A DNA stretch of 59,734 nt, filler included. It is 5 parts of 5 records of this genome, joined end to end, with 100 filler letters (N's around TTAATTAATTAA, not from the genome) between each part and the next. Parts side by side here need not be neighbours in the genome. Positions count along the whole stretch, not along the records: positions 8,281 to 32,664 come from SRR31156797_8231; 4 more parts are not named here. One strand, 5' to 3'. The notes beneath the pieces are model-generated. The model saw only the letters and a list, made by a program, of their open reading frames with translations. It was not told where the DNA came from and searched no databases. This document shows positions 9,564-19,871 of this stretch, in pieces. The translations under genes were made by a program, and so were the position numbers. The stretch's first letter is position 1; each line of letters starts with the position of its first letter.

Positions 9564-11411
9564 ATGAGTCGTCAAACAATATATATTATCTCAACAGTAC
9601 TTCTAATTATTAGTGCATTTGTATCATGCGAGTATGAACCAGAAGGTTTCTTTGAACAAGAAGTTGAAGATCCTTCAATTCCAAACAATACAAAAGAAGG
9701 ATTTAGTTTTAACAATACATTGTATAACGATACAATTTATCTGCATTTTTATAACCTTCGTTTTTTTTATTCTAATCCCAATCCAGATAGAGAACTTACA
9801 GGAGCAAGATATTCCATAAATGGAGGGAGTATGGAAGATTTAAATGTAACCTATAGCCCTAATTTTGAGGTAGAACTATATCAGTTAAATGATGGAATTA
9901 ATACTATTCAAATTGAGTTAGATTTTAATTCTGGTACAAATAGTATGGCAGACATAATAGGTGCCGAGATAATATCTTCGATCTTTGAATTTAAGGTGTT
10001 TAAAATACCTATGTATTCAAATGCAGCTAATAGCTTAAAATCATCAATTGATGGTGGCGCATTAAAAATTGAATGGTCAAAATATGAATACAATGATTTT
10101 GATTATTATGGATTGTTCAGTTGTGCTACAATTAAGAAGCAAGATCAAACTTATTACATAGATGAATCATTTTACGAAACTTATGATAAAACTTATGAAT
10201 TAGATGTTGTAGCTGGAAATAGAGAAGTGAGTTCAAATAGTATTCGAGTCTCTTATCAATTGCCAAAGTTGAAATATGAAAAAAAAGATGGAGGTTATCT
10301 TTTTTCATGGGATAAAACAAAGTTTTATAAAGCCGATTTTAGGTATGTTGTGGGTGGAATGTTTGATGATATCATTTGGTTTGAATCAGAAGATAAAAAT
10401 GATACTTCATTTTTTGTACAAGATCTTCCTTTTGGTAGAAATATAGAATTTAATCTTAATTTTTTGCGTAATAATGTAGATTATGATTCAGAAAAGGAAG
10501 GTTCTAAAATTACGGATATAGCTGTTGGAGATGTGATTCCCTCTGCAATATGTAATAAAGGAAAATTATTTAATAGGAATAACAATCAGGTAATATTTTA
10601 TGGAGGATATAATTTTTTACAATATGATGAATCATTAAATAGTGTTGTTCGTGAAAATGTAGTTCAAGATAATGCACAATCATATTTTTATGGAAGTGCT
10701 TGGAATTCATCTGAAAATAGTAACTATATTGTAGGTGCAAATAATGAATATGTTTTGCGATTTGATTTAAACACATTTCAGACTACAAGAATACTTTCCT
10801 TATCAGAGTTTAAGAGTCGAACCGGTTTAAACTATAGGTACTATTTTAATAGAGTTATTGCTGATGAAATTGGTAATTACTATATATGTGTTTCTGATAA
10901 TTCTAGTGATTATAGCTTGTATAGATTTAATGCAGATTCAAATGAAATAGTTAAACTGGAATTGGAAGTTGGTTTGAGCCCTAAAACAAAAAAAAGTGTA
11001 GTTTCAGCTGACGGTAAGTATATTTTCCTCAAAGGTGGATTGTGTAAAATAGAAGATACACATTGTGCACTTTTATATGAAATGGATGAAGCTATTTTTG
11101 TGCCAGGAAAGGACGAAGTTATTTGTTTTAATTACTCTGTTTATAATGGAAGAAGAGTCGTAAATTATCTTGATCTGCAAAATTTAAGCTTTGATAAACA
11201 GCGTAACTATGTTGTCGATAGATTTCAATCTTATTCTCTTGATTATGAACATGCAATAGTATATGTGAATTCGTATGATCATAAACCGTCTTTAATTAAT
11301 TTGGAAACAGGAACTGTTCTAAAAACACTAAATGTAACTGATGTTTTTAACATATTTTTATTGGCAGATTCTTATTTGTATGCTCTAAATGGAAGGAGAA
11401 TTCCTTTTTGA
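9564..11411 (+). CDS. Surface lipoprotein with Ig/FN3-like and beta-propeller-like regions
   Basis: Lipobox FVS-C followed by acidic EYEPE; IEWSKY and FSWDK FN3-like strands; VSADGKYIF propeller-like blades. Confidence 0.6.
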   Translation: MSRQTIYIISTVLLIISAFVSCEYEPEGFFEQEVEDPSIPNNTKEGFSFNNTLYNDTIYLHFYNLRFFYSNPNPDRELTGARYSINGGSMEDLNVTYSPNFEVELYQLNDGINTIQIELDFNSGTNSMADIIGAEIISSIFEFKVFKIPMYSNAANSLKSSIDGGALKIEWSKYEYNDFDYYGLFSCATIKKQDQTYYIDESFYETYDKTYELDVVAGNREVSSNSIRVSYQLPKLKYEKKDGGYLFSWDKTKFYKADFRYVVGGMFDDIIWFESEDKNDTSFFVQDLPFGRNIEFNLNFLRNNVDYDSEKEGSKITDIAVGDVIPSAICNKGKLFNRNNNQVIFYGGYNFLQYDESLNSVVRENVVQDNAQSYFYGSAWNSSENSNYIVGANNEYVLRFDLNTFQTTRILSLSEFKSRTGLNYRYYFNRVIADEIGNYYICVSDNSSDYSLYRFNADSNEIVKLELEVGLSPKTKKSVVSADGKYIFLKGGLCKIEDTHCALLYEMDEAIFVPGKDEVICFNYSVYNGRRVVNYLDLQNLSFDKQRNYVVDRFQSYSLDYEHAIVYVNSYDHKPSLINLETGTVLKTLNVTDVFNIFLLADSYLYALNGRRIPF

Positions 11412-11840
11412 AAAATTTTGAAGATAAGTATAAGCAATAAGACTAACTATCGTTTAAGTTACCGAAATGATTAGCTCGTAGCCAGAATACTGTTAACTAT
11501 ACAGGAGTCTCAATAAATATGGTTGTTGTTCTTTTAAGTTTGTTCTGATTTCAGATATGATGATTATTCTATTGATTCAACAGAAATTACTCAAACCTTT
11601 TACACCATATTGGGGTGCTTACCTTTTTATAGTCATGGTTGTCAAGTAAAACTCAAAAAAAATTAAGCATTAGCTATTCTACAATTCATTTATACTTTAA
11701 GGCAAAATCAAAATACTTCTATTTGCTTATACTTTTTTATTGTTTGATTTATTGATGATACCACTTATTGCAAATGATAACTATGGCTATTTTTATACTA
11801 ACATTTAGTAGGCAGGATAGATCGAATTATAAAAAATAAC

Positions 11841-13364
11841 CTAATTGATTTTGTGTTTCCAGAACTTCTTTCTCCAAAGCAAATAACCGCTCAATACAAC
11901 CATAACACTCACCAATCCACACAAGGGAACTAAGAGGATATAAAAATCTCCAAGAAGAAAACGAAAGAAACGTCCCGTATGAATTTCGAGCGAAAAATTC
12001 CAAATTGACATTTTCGATTCTTCAAGAATATTCTTAGGCATTTCAGGAAATTTCATTTCATGATATAAAGGAACTGCACCTTTGTCGTAGTCAATCATAT
12101 ATTGTTTACCGTCCAAATCAGATATCAATCCTGTAACTTTAAAATCACCAATAGGTTTGCCTGTTGCCTTTTCAACATGTAACTTACCCTGGGCATAATT
12201 ATAAATTTCAGGATGAGCCGGATGCCATAAAAACAAACCACTGAACGAACCGATAATGTACGCCCCATCATTGAATGGCTCAAGCACATTAATTCCCATA
12301 ACACTTATAGGAGGCTGAATCTTAAAAGCAATTGGTGCATGATGGTTTTTATCCATATAATAGATTCCTTCCGAGGTTGCCAGAAGGAATTCATTTCGCT
12401 CACTATCAAATTTTATGTCCCTTAATTTATCGTACCAGGGATTAGGCTGGTCGAGATGAGAATATTTTACAGGACTTACTTTTGAATAGGCAATGGCAAT
12501 AAGCAACGGAGGGCGTAAGAACATGCCTGTAAAAAACAAAACTATCAGGCAAACAAACAACCAAGCTCCGGTTTTATTATGCCATTTTAACGACCATCGA
12601 TTAGTCATAACAATTGAAGTAACTTTTTTAGCCTTTTTCTTTCTTCGTTTAATCCATCCAGGGAAAAAGAAATAAATAATTCCTGTTAACGATAAGAACA
12701 TGGTTACTACTCCCAAAGCATCAACAAATAGCTTTCCCGGGATACCGAAAATTTCACCTGAATGAATTTGCCATAGGGTTTCAAAAAGCGAAACCTTATT
12801 GTTGTAATTCAGAGGCTGCCTTAGTTCAATTTTCTGAAAACGACTATTTATACCTTCAGATTTACCTTTAAATAGATAAGACCGATTTAGAACGTAGAGT
12901 GTATCTCCAATGCTTTCAATAGCGACAAAGCGTTTAATATCAACATTCAATTCAAATTTTTTCCATCGGTTTTTCTCTATATCAAAAGCAAACAACCCAA
13001 ATTGCGTAGCTGCATATAAGCTTCCATTATTTGCTTGGTGTAGGTCGAAAATTTTACGGTTATCACTTCCTTTTGGGAAACCATTATTTAATGATTTATA
13101 CTTATTAAATGTAGAATCAGTAAGCCATACTCCAATATTACCATATACAAGAATACTATCTGCATTTAGAATAAGATTGCTTTTAAGAGCACTATTGTTC
13201 CAGTTATGATAATGGAATTCTTCCGGGAGATTACTTCGAGATGTATCCATACTGGAGAAAAATTCCCGGTGATTCATAATGATACCTGTTATTGAAAAGT
13301 AGAGAAGAAAGAACCCGATGATGAGTCCTGGCCATTTATGTAGTTTTTTATAGAGGTTTTGCAT
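11841..13364 (-). CDS. PepSY-associated TM-helix membrane protein
   Basis: KLHKWPGL...SITGIIMNH, IHSGE..G, KWHNKTG and IHTGR...SGYLLW; four conserved His-bearing TM motifs. Confidence 0.8.
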   Translation of the reverse strand: MQNLYKKLHKWPGLIIGFFLLYFSITGIIMNHREFFSSMDTSRSNLPEEFHYHNWNNSALKSNLILNADSILVYGNIGVWLTDSTFNKYKSLNNGFPKGSDNRKIFDLHQANNGSLYAATQFGLFAFDIEKNRWKKFELNVDIKRFVAIESIGDTLYVLNRSYLFKGKSEGINSRFQKIELRQPLNYNNKVSLFETLWQIHSGEIFGIPGKLFVDALGVVTMFLSLTGIIYFFFPGWIKRRKKKAKKVTSIVMTNRWSLKWHNKTGAWLFVCLIVLFFTGMFLRPPLLIAIAYSKVSPVKYSHLDQPNPWYDKLRDIKFDSERNEFLLATSEGIYYMDKNHHAPIAFKIQPPISVMGINVLEPFNDGAYIIGSFSGLFLWHPAHPEIYNYAQGKLHVEKATGKPIGDFKVTGLISDLDGKQYMIDYDKGAVPLYHEMKFPEMPKNILEESKMSIWNFSLEIHTGRFFRFLLGDFYILLVPLCGLVSVMVVLSGYLLWRKKFWKHKIN

Positions 13365-13411
13365 AACTCGCTTAATTTAAATCAAATATAAATAGAAGGA
13401 AAATTCTGAAC

Positions 13412-13427
13412 TGTAACATTTGTTACA
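13412..13427. promoter_or_regulatory. Palindrome TGTAAC-ATTT-GTTACA, candidate HcpR-type Crp/Fnr-family binding site
   Basis: Perfect 6-bp inverted repeat in the 149-bp gap between the divergent PepSY gene and nrfH. Confidence 0.6.
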
Positions 13428-13513
13428 AGTACTTTATTTGTCTTAGCTTATATTAGTGAATAAATGTTAATTTAAACGAACAGGCAATTTTTATAATCAG
13501 AAAGAAAAGTTCT

Positions 13514-14098
13514 ATGAATATTCTAAGAAAAATATTACCTCCTGTAAAGTGGAGGATTCCTGTCATTATCGTTTCAGCAATTCTATTTGGACTTTTTTTC
13601 TTTCTTTTTTATGTCTCCAATGCTTCATCTTATTTATCCGATGACCCAAAAACCTGTGTGAATTGCCATATTATGGTTCCTCAATATGCCACATGGATGC
13701 ACAGTTCTCATAGGGAATGGGCAAACTGTAATGATTGCCACGTACCCCACAACAACGTTTTGAATAAATACTATTTTAAAGGAAAAGATGGAATGCGACA
13801 CGCAACAATTTTTACAATGCGTGCAGAACCACAGGTAATTAAAATAAAAGAAGAAGGTCACCATGTAGTACAGCAAAATTGTATTCGTTGCCATAGTAAT
13901 CTTATTACCGATTCAAAAATGAATACTATTCATTTCGATTTTCATTCTAACAGAGTAGGCAGAACTTGTTGGGAATGTCATCGCGAAGTCCCTCACGGTA
14001 GGGTTAACAGCCTTTCGAGTACGCCTAATGCTAAAGTTCCATTACCCGAAAGTCCTGTACCTAATTGGTTAGAAAAAGCATTAAAAGAAACAGAATAA
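13514..14098 (+). CDS. nrfH: Cytochrome c nitrite reductase small (quinol-oxidising) subunit
   Basis: N-terminal TM helix, SYLSDDPKTCVNCH, four CxxCH motifs (CVNCH, CNDCH, CIRCH, CWECH); directly upstream of nrfA. Confidence 0.95.
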   Translation: MNILRKILPPVKWRIPVIIVSAILFGLFFFLFYVSNASSYLSDDPKTCVNCHIMVPQYATWMHSSHREWANCNDCHVPHNNVLNKYYFKGKDGMRHATIFTMRAEPQVIKIKEEGHHVVQQNCIRCHSNLITDSKMNTIHFDFHSNRVGRTCWECHREVPHGRVNSLSSTPNAKVPLPESPVPNWLEKALKETE

Positions 14099-14119
14099 TA
14101 ACATAGAACCATTAAACTC

Positions 14120-15619
14120 ATGAAATCATTTAGCGAACAAATCAAAGAAAAACCTTGGAAAGGTTGGGTACTTTTCCTGGGAACTATTGTAGTTGTATTC
14201 CTTTTAGGATTATTAGCATCCAGTGTTGTGGAAAGAAGAAGTGAAGCGGTATTTGCCTATGCACCCCAAAACGATTTTTCTCAGTTTGAACCTCGTAACC
14301 AAAAGTGGGGCGCTAACTTCCCTCGTGAGTTTGAATCGTATTATAAAACTTCCGACACAACATTTGCAAGTAAATACAATGGCGCAGCAATGATTGACGA
14401 GCTTGAAGAAGACCCTAAACTGGTAGTTCTGTGGGCTGGCTATGGTTTTTCAAAAGACTATAACCAGGGAAGAGGTCACTATTATGCTGTTGAAGATGTT
14501 CGCAATACTTTAAGAACCGGTGCACCCAATGAAGAAGTGAAAAGTCCGATGCCAAATACTTGTTGGACATGTAAAAGCCCTGATGTTCCAAGAATGATGA
14601 ATGAGGTTGGAATTGCAGAGTTCTATAAAGGTTCATGGGAAAAATGGGGAGCCGAAATAGTTAACCCAATTGGTTGTGCCGATTGTCACGATGTAAATAC
14701 CATGCAATTACGCATTTCTCGTCCAGCATTGATTGAAGCGTTTGAAAGACAAGGAAAGGACATAGCAAAAGCTACACATCAGGAAATGAGAAGCCTGGTT
14801 TGTGCTCAATGCCATGTGGAATACTATTTTAATAAAAAGAAAATTGAAGGAGTACCATATCTGACTTTCCCATGGGATAATGGAATGTCTGTTGAACAAA
14901 TGGAAGTATATTACGATGAAATGAACTTTAGTGACTGGACACATAAACTCAGTAAAGCACCTATGTTGAAAGCCCAACATCCTGGTTATGAAACATACTT
15001 AACAGGTATTCATGCTGAACGAGGTGTTTCTTGTGCTGATTGTCACATGCCATATAAAAGCGAAGGAGGTGTTAAATTTACCGACCATCACATTCAAAGT
15101 CCGTTAAACAATGTTGCTAATTCATGTCAGGTTTGTCACCGTGAGGAAACAGGCAGACTAATAGCTGATGTATTCTCTCGACAGGATAAGATTAAAGAGA
15201 ATGTTACCATACTCGAAAATTTATTGGTGAAAGCACACGTTGAAGCTAAAGCAGCTTGGGATAAAGGTGCGAATGACGAGCAAATGCAAGCAATACTCAT
15301 GGATATTCGACATGCTCAATGGCGTTGGGATTATTCCGTAGCAGCTCATGGTGCATCATTCCACTCACCTGTTGAAACAGGACGGATAGTATCATCGGGT
15401 ATCAAAATTGCCCAAGAAGCAAGAATTAAGCTTACTCGCTTATTAGCAGACCTTGGTCATAATAAAGAAGTTGAAATGCCTGATATTTCGACCAAAGCTA
15501 AAGCCCAGGAATATATTGGTTTAGATATGTCTAAACTAAATTCTGATAAAGAAGAATTTTTAGGGACTGTAGTTCCACAATGGCTTGAAGAAGCCAGTCA
15601 AAGAGAATCGAAATATTAG
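14120..15619 (+). CDS. nrfA: Ammonia-forming pentaheme cytochrome c552 nitrite reductase
   Basis: Active-site CWTCK plus CADCH, CAQCH, CADCH, CQVCH; LWAGYGFSKDY, KAQHP, HAQWRWD. Confidence 0.97.
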   Translation: MKSFSEQIKEKPWKGWVLFLGTIVVVFLLGLLASSVVERRSEAVFAYAPQNDFSQFEPRNQKWGANFPREFESYYKTSDTTFASKYNGAAMIDELEEDPKLVVLWAGYGFSKDYNQGRGHYYAVEDVRNTLRTGAPNEEVKSPMPNTCWTCKSPDVPRMMNEVGIAEFYKGSWEKWGAEIVNPIGCADCHDVNTMQLRISRPALIEAFERQGKDIAKATHQEMRSLVCAQCHVEYYFNKKKIEGVPYLTFPWDNGMSVEQMEVYYDEMNFSDWTHKLSKAPMLKAQHPGYETYLTGIHAERGVSCADCHMPYKSEGGVKFTDHHIQSPLNNVANSCQVCHREETGRLIADVFSRQDKIKENVTILENLLVKAHVEAKAAWDKGANDEQMQAILMDIRHAQWRWDYSVAAHGASFHSPVETGRIVSSGIKIAQEARIKLTRLLADLGHNKEVEMPDISTKAKAQEYIGLDMSKLNSDKEEFLGTVVPQWLEEASQRESKY

Positions 15620-15630
15620 AATAAATTACC

Positions 15631-16851
15631 TTGCAACATACTAAAGAAAAAAAGAGCTTATGGGTACTTCCCTGGAAGTATCCCGAAAGCTTCTTAATAG
15701 CTTTTGCCTTATTTTTGGCATCATTAGGGATTGAGTTTATAACAGGTACTACAGTTCCTAAAATCCCTTGGCCTGCCAACCTTATTTCAATAGCACTAAT
15801 AGCAAACTTATCGTTATTGCTATACCTGTTATCAAAAAAAATATCGGTTTTCAAATGGTTTTATAGTGTTCCTGCATCCATTGCCGGGGTTACTTTATTC
15901 GTAGTACCTTCATTATTGTTAGCTTTGATTCCGCAAAAATCATCAGATTCCTTATTCTTTCTGTACGATGTTACATCGAGCTGGACTTACACAATCGGAG
16001 TAGTTTTCTTTTTAATCATACTTGGAACAGTAACCATTAAACGCATCACAAAGCTTTCCAAAAAAAATACCGGTTTCTTTCTAAACCATTTCGGTTTATG
16101 GCTGTGTATTGCATCGGCTCATTTAGGTGCAGGAGACATACAAAAACTGAATATTTATCTTGAAGAAGGCAAAACTACCTGGTATGGAATTGAGAATGGA
16201 AATAGAACAGAAGAATTAAATTTTGCTATAAAGCTAAGAGACTTCTCCATTGAAGAATACCCTGCAAAAATTGCTTTTGTGGAAAGCAGTACAGGAGAAA
16301 TAATCAACCAAAACAACAAACCCTTAATGATAGACCCACACGAGGGCTTACAATTCAACTATAAGGATTTTGATTTAAAGATTGACCAACTTTTAATGAG
16401 TTCTGCTCCAGTTATGAATAGGTTTGAACCTGTGCTGGGCATGGGGGCAACTCAATCCTTAAAGATTCTGAAATCCTTTAATGAAAAGGTTGATACTATT
16501 TGGATTTCAAGCCCAGGCATTTTGTATCGTCAAGAAATGTATCAGATTGATTCAAGCACAATAATGCTTATGACCAAACCCGAAGCAAAACGTTTCCTGT
16601 CTGAAATTACGGTTTATGAAAAAGCCGGAGCTGTATATGATACCATCATTGAGGTAAATAAACCAATCAAGATTGCCGGATGGAAGATTTATCAGACAAG
16701 TTATGATGAAACAATGGGACGTTGGTCAACGAAAAGCATTTTGGAACTGGTTAAAGACCCTTGGTTGCCATCGGTATATTTGGGATTCTTCTTACTCATT
16801 GCAGGAACTTTCTATCTAATCTGGACTGGTAAAAGGAAGGAGGACATGTAA
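15631..16851 (+). CDS. ResB/CcsB-like cytochrome c biogenesis protein
   Basis: Multiple TM helices, GFFLNHFGLW, VNKP...GWKIYQ..YD and DPWLP.VY.G motifs; lies in the nrf operon. Confidence 0.8.
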   Translation: MQHTKEKKSLWVLPWKYPESFLIAFALFLASLGIEFITGTTVPKIPWPANLISIALIANLSLLLYLLSKKISVFKWFYSVPASIAGVTLFVVPSLLLALIPQKSSDSLFFLYDVTSSWTYTIGVVFFLIILGTVTIKRITKLSKKNTGFFLNHFGLWLCIASAHLGAGDIQKLNIYLEEGKTTWYGIENGNRTEELNFAIKLRDFSIEEYPAKIAFVESSTGEIINQNNKPLMIDPHEGLQFNYKDFDLKIDQLLMSSAPVMNRFEPVLGMGATQSLKILKSFNEKVDTIWISSPGILYRQEMYQIDSSTIMLMTKPEAKRFLSEITVYEKAGAVYDTIIEVNKPIKIAGWKIYQTSYDETMGRWSTKSILELVKDPWLPSVYLGFFLLIAGTFYLIWTGKRKEDM

Positions 16852-17636
16852 TGTGGCATAATTTTGAAATATTCGCGATTATTTCGTTAGTGACATGGAT
16901 TTTGGCTATTGGTGCATCACTTTCAGACAAGACGGGCAAAATCGCCAATTTGACTGCAATCCTTGGTACTTTAAGCTTGGCTGTATTTATCGTTTTACTT
17001 TGGACAAATCTCCAACGCCCACCATTAAGGACTCTTGGAGAGACAAGACTTTGGTATTCATTCTTCCTGGCAATTTCTGGCTATGTAATATTTAAGCGAT
17101 GGAAAATCAAGTTAATGCTTATGTATTCACTTGGTATGGCAATCCTGTTTTTGTTATTGAACTACCTAAATCCTGATATTCACAGCAAAACACTCATGCC
17201 GGCATTGCAAAGCATTTGGTTTGTACCTCATGTAATTGTGTACATGATTGCCTACGCTCTATTGGGCTTATCTGCACTTTTCGGATTACTAGGATTATAT
17301 GCCATTAGAAAAGACAACCTGAAAGAGGATTTTGTACTAAAAACAGATAACATCGTTTATATAGGCTTTGGCTTTCTTACGTTAGGGCTTATTTTTGGAG
17401 CTTTATGGGCAAAAGAAGCATGGGGGCATTATTGGACTTGGGATCCTAAAGAGACATGGGCTTTTCTTACTTGGGCTGTATACCTCGTTTATATTCATTT
17501 CAGGATAAAAAGTAATTTAAGCCACAAAAGCGTTTTTCTGATTTTACTTTTAGCATTTGTTGTTCTGCTTATTTGTTGGTTTGGTATTAACTATCTTCCT
17601 GCGGCACAAAATAGTGTGCATGTTTATTCGAGTTAA
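16851..17636 (+). CDS. ccsA: Cytochrome c biogenesis protein CcsA (system II)
   Basis: WWD domain WAKEAWGHYWTWDPKETW, PALQS.WF.PHV and the terminal SVHVY His ligand. Confidence 0.92.
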   Translation: MWHNFEIFAIISLVTWILAIGASLSDKTGKIANLTAILGTLSLAVFIVLLWTNLQRPPLRTLGETRLWYSFFLAISGYVIFKRWKIKLMLMYSLGMAILFLLLNYLNPDIHSKTLMPALQSIWFVPHVIVYMIAYALLGLSALFGLLGLYAIRKDNLKEDFVLKTDNIVYIGFGFLTLGLIFGALWAKEAWGHYWTWDPKETWAFLTWAVYLVYIHFRIKSNLSHKSVFLILLLAFVVLLICWFGINYLPAAQNSVHVYSS

Positions 17637-17665
17637 ATTTTATTATTGATAGCTATGGCTCAGTA

Positions 17666-18547
17666 TTATATGGATTCGTCAGTGTTTAAGATAGACGCAT
17701 ATTTTATTACTTCCGAATAAAAATTACTCAAGCGCTTTACACCGTATTTAGGTGCTTCCATATTCATAGCCATGGCTGTCAGAAAAAACTCAATAGGGCC
17801 ATATACACTAAGTGGTGCAAAAGTTCTAACTCCCCAAATAGTGAAACGCCGAAGCCAATCGGGTAAGTGAATTATTTTTTCAGGTTGCTTAAGTGTTTTT
17901 AAAGCTAGTGCTGCTAATTCGTTATGGGAGAAAGTTTCTGGTCCTCCTACGTTTATTTCTTTTTCATTAGAATCAACAGCATCCAAACACACCTTTGCTA
18001 AATCTTCGCCGTGGATAGGGTTCAATTTTAGGTTTCCATGGCTGAATAGATATACTCTTCCTCGTTTAGCCATATTCAGAAAATCGCACATGTCCGAAAA
18101 AAATCCGGTTGGCCGCATGATAGTATAAGCTATTTCGGAAGTTTTTAATTCATCAACAAAACGTTCTTTAGCATCTACCATTTTTAATTGGCGCATTTCA
18201 TTAGCTCTGAATGCAGAGACATAAATAAATTTCCGAACACCTGCTTTTTGCGCTTCGTGTAGAAGATTTTTATTAGCTCCATAATCAACATCCATGTAGG
18301 TAAGTCCATCTTTTTGGCGGGTAATTCCTACGGTAGAAATTACAGTATCCACATCTTTAAAAATATCAAGTAGGGTTTGGGGATTAGTTACATCAGCTTT
18401 TATTTTTTGCAGGTTATCAGCGACGAACTCTTCTAATTTTGTTAGGTTTCTTGCCACTGCAATTGTTTCCATATTTCGTTTGATAGCTTCTTTTACAAGG
18501 TATTTTCCTAAATATCCGGTAGAACCTGCTATAAGTATCTTTTTCAC
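17666..18547 (-). CDS. Atypical SDR / NmrA-like NAD(P)-binding oxidoreductase
   Basis: ILIAGSTGYLG Rossmann motif, VISTVGITRQKDG, RPTGFF, NPIHGEDLA. Confidence 0.85.
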   Translation of the reverse strand: MKKILIAGSTGYLGKYLVKEAIKRNMETIAVARNLTKLEEFVADNLQKIKADVTNPQTLLDIFKDVDTVISTVGITRQKDGLTYMDVDYGANKNLLHEAQKAGVRKFIYVSAFRANEMRQLKMVDAKERFVDELKTSEIAYTIMRPTGFFSDMCDFLNMAKRGRVYLFSHGNLKLNPIHGEDLAKVCLDAVDSNEKEINVGGPETFSHNELAALALKTLKQPEKIIHLPDWLRRFTIWGVRTFAPLSVYGPIEFFLTAMAMNMEAPKYGVKRLSNFYSEVIKYASILNTDESI

Positions 18548-18701
18548 TGAAAGTAGTTTAATTTAGTATTTTAATTTTTAGCTAGTTTACTGATGAATCA
18601 CTTTTACCACTTCGGCTAAAATATGATCAATTATTCCATACGGTTATTCTGCCCTACGATAGTACTTGAAATGAAAATCAGAAGTATGAATAGTAAGTTT
18701 C

Positions 18702-19856
18702 TCATGTTTGTGCTTCTTTTTGGATAAATGCCAGTACTTTAATAGGAATGATTACAGCTTTTTTTATCTGATTCAATTGATTTAAGGTGCCTGATAAGTA
18801 CACATCCAGTTCAGGACAATAAAACATGAACGATGAAGTACTTCCTGTGTGACCAATAATATGTAAACGTGGCAGGGTAGGGAACAGTTCTTTAAAATCG
18901 ACTTTTCGCATACCATATCCATAATACATCCCTTTGCTTTCGGGTGTCCATTGTTTCATGTGTTTCAGTGTTTTTGCTTTTAGAATTTTATTGCTATGCA
19001 AAGCCAGTTGAAATTGGTTTAAATCATTAGCTGTAGTTGCTAATCCACCTCCAGCCCAATCGAGGCTTAAGCTTTTCATTTGCGATACTTCAAAATTATC
19101 AGCATACAGCTCCGCCATTTTTAAGGTCTTTGAAATAGGATTTGAACGTAAATGCATATAACTATGCTTCATATTTAAAGGTTCGAAAATGCGTTTTCTA
19201 AAAAAGTCGTGCAATGGCATACAGCTGATTTTTTCTGCTACTAAACCCAACAAAATATATTCGGTATCACTATAAAGGTAGCTTGTTCCGGGTACAAAAT
19301 TAGGCTTCATTTTGTGTTTTGCCAGATTTATCATTTCTATAGGTGTCCAGAATTTTCCTGTATCCGAAAGCAATAAGCTCATGGCGTTGGGACTTCCGTC
19401 AATGGTTTTTCCTTCAAAATAATCGGGTAAGCCCGAAGTGTGTTGAAGCAATTGCGCGATGGTTATTTTCTGCGAATATTCTGCGCCTTCGTACACATGT
19501 AATCCATTTATAACGCTATCTGGCAGAAGCTGGCTGATTTTATCAGAAAAATTCAATTTCCCATCTTCATAAAGCAGAGCTATCGCTGTAGCTGTAAGTG
19601 TTTTACCAACGCTTGCTGTATGAAATGGATGGGCTTCAGTAATTTTTTCACCGTTCTGAAATTCGCCGCCAGCAAAAGTCCAGTTGATGTTTTTCGAAGG
19701 GGAATACACGGCTAAAAAAGCGTTATGAACATCCTTGTTTTTTAACTCCTTATTGAAAAGCTTTTGCGTTTTCTTATGGGCTCTTGCAAAATCTTGCGCA
19801 TTTATACAAAAGACAAAGTTTAGTATAGTTATAATAGTAAGGTATGTTTTCATCAT
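18702..19856 (-). CDS. Secreted serine hydrolase (beta-lactamase class C / D-Ala-D-Ala peptidase family)
   Basis: Signal peptide; SVGK, LLQHTSG, YSD (in place of YSN), GHTG. Confidence 0.88.
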   Translation of the reverse strand: MMKTYLTIITILNFVFCINAQDFARAHKKTQKLFNKELKNKDVHNAFLAVYSPSKNINWTFAGGEFQNGEKITEAHPFHTASVGKTLTATAIALLYEDGKLNFSDKISQLLPDSVINGLHVYEGAEYSQKITIAQLLQHTSGLPDYFEGKTIDGSPNAMSLLLSDTGKFWTPIEMINLAKHKMKPNFVPGTSYLYSDTEYILLGLVAEKISCMPLHDFFRKRIFEPLNMKHSYMHLRSNPISKTLKMAELYADNFEVSQMKSLSLDWAGGGLATTANDLNQFQLALHSNKILKAKTLKHMKQWTPESKGMYYGYGMRKVDFKELFPTLPRLHIIGHTGSTSSFMFYCPELDVYLSGTLNQLNQIKKAVIIPIKVLAFIQKEAQT

Positions 19857-19871
19857 GCTATGACTTAATAG

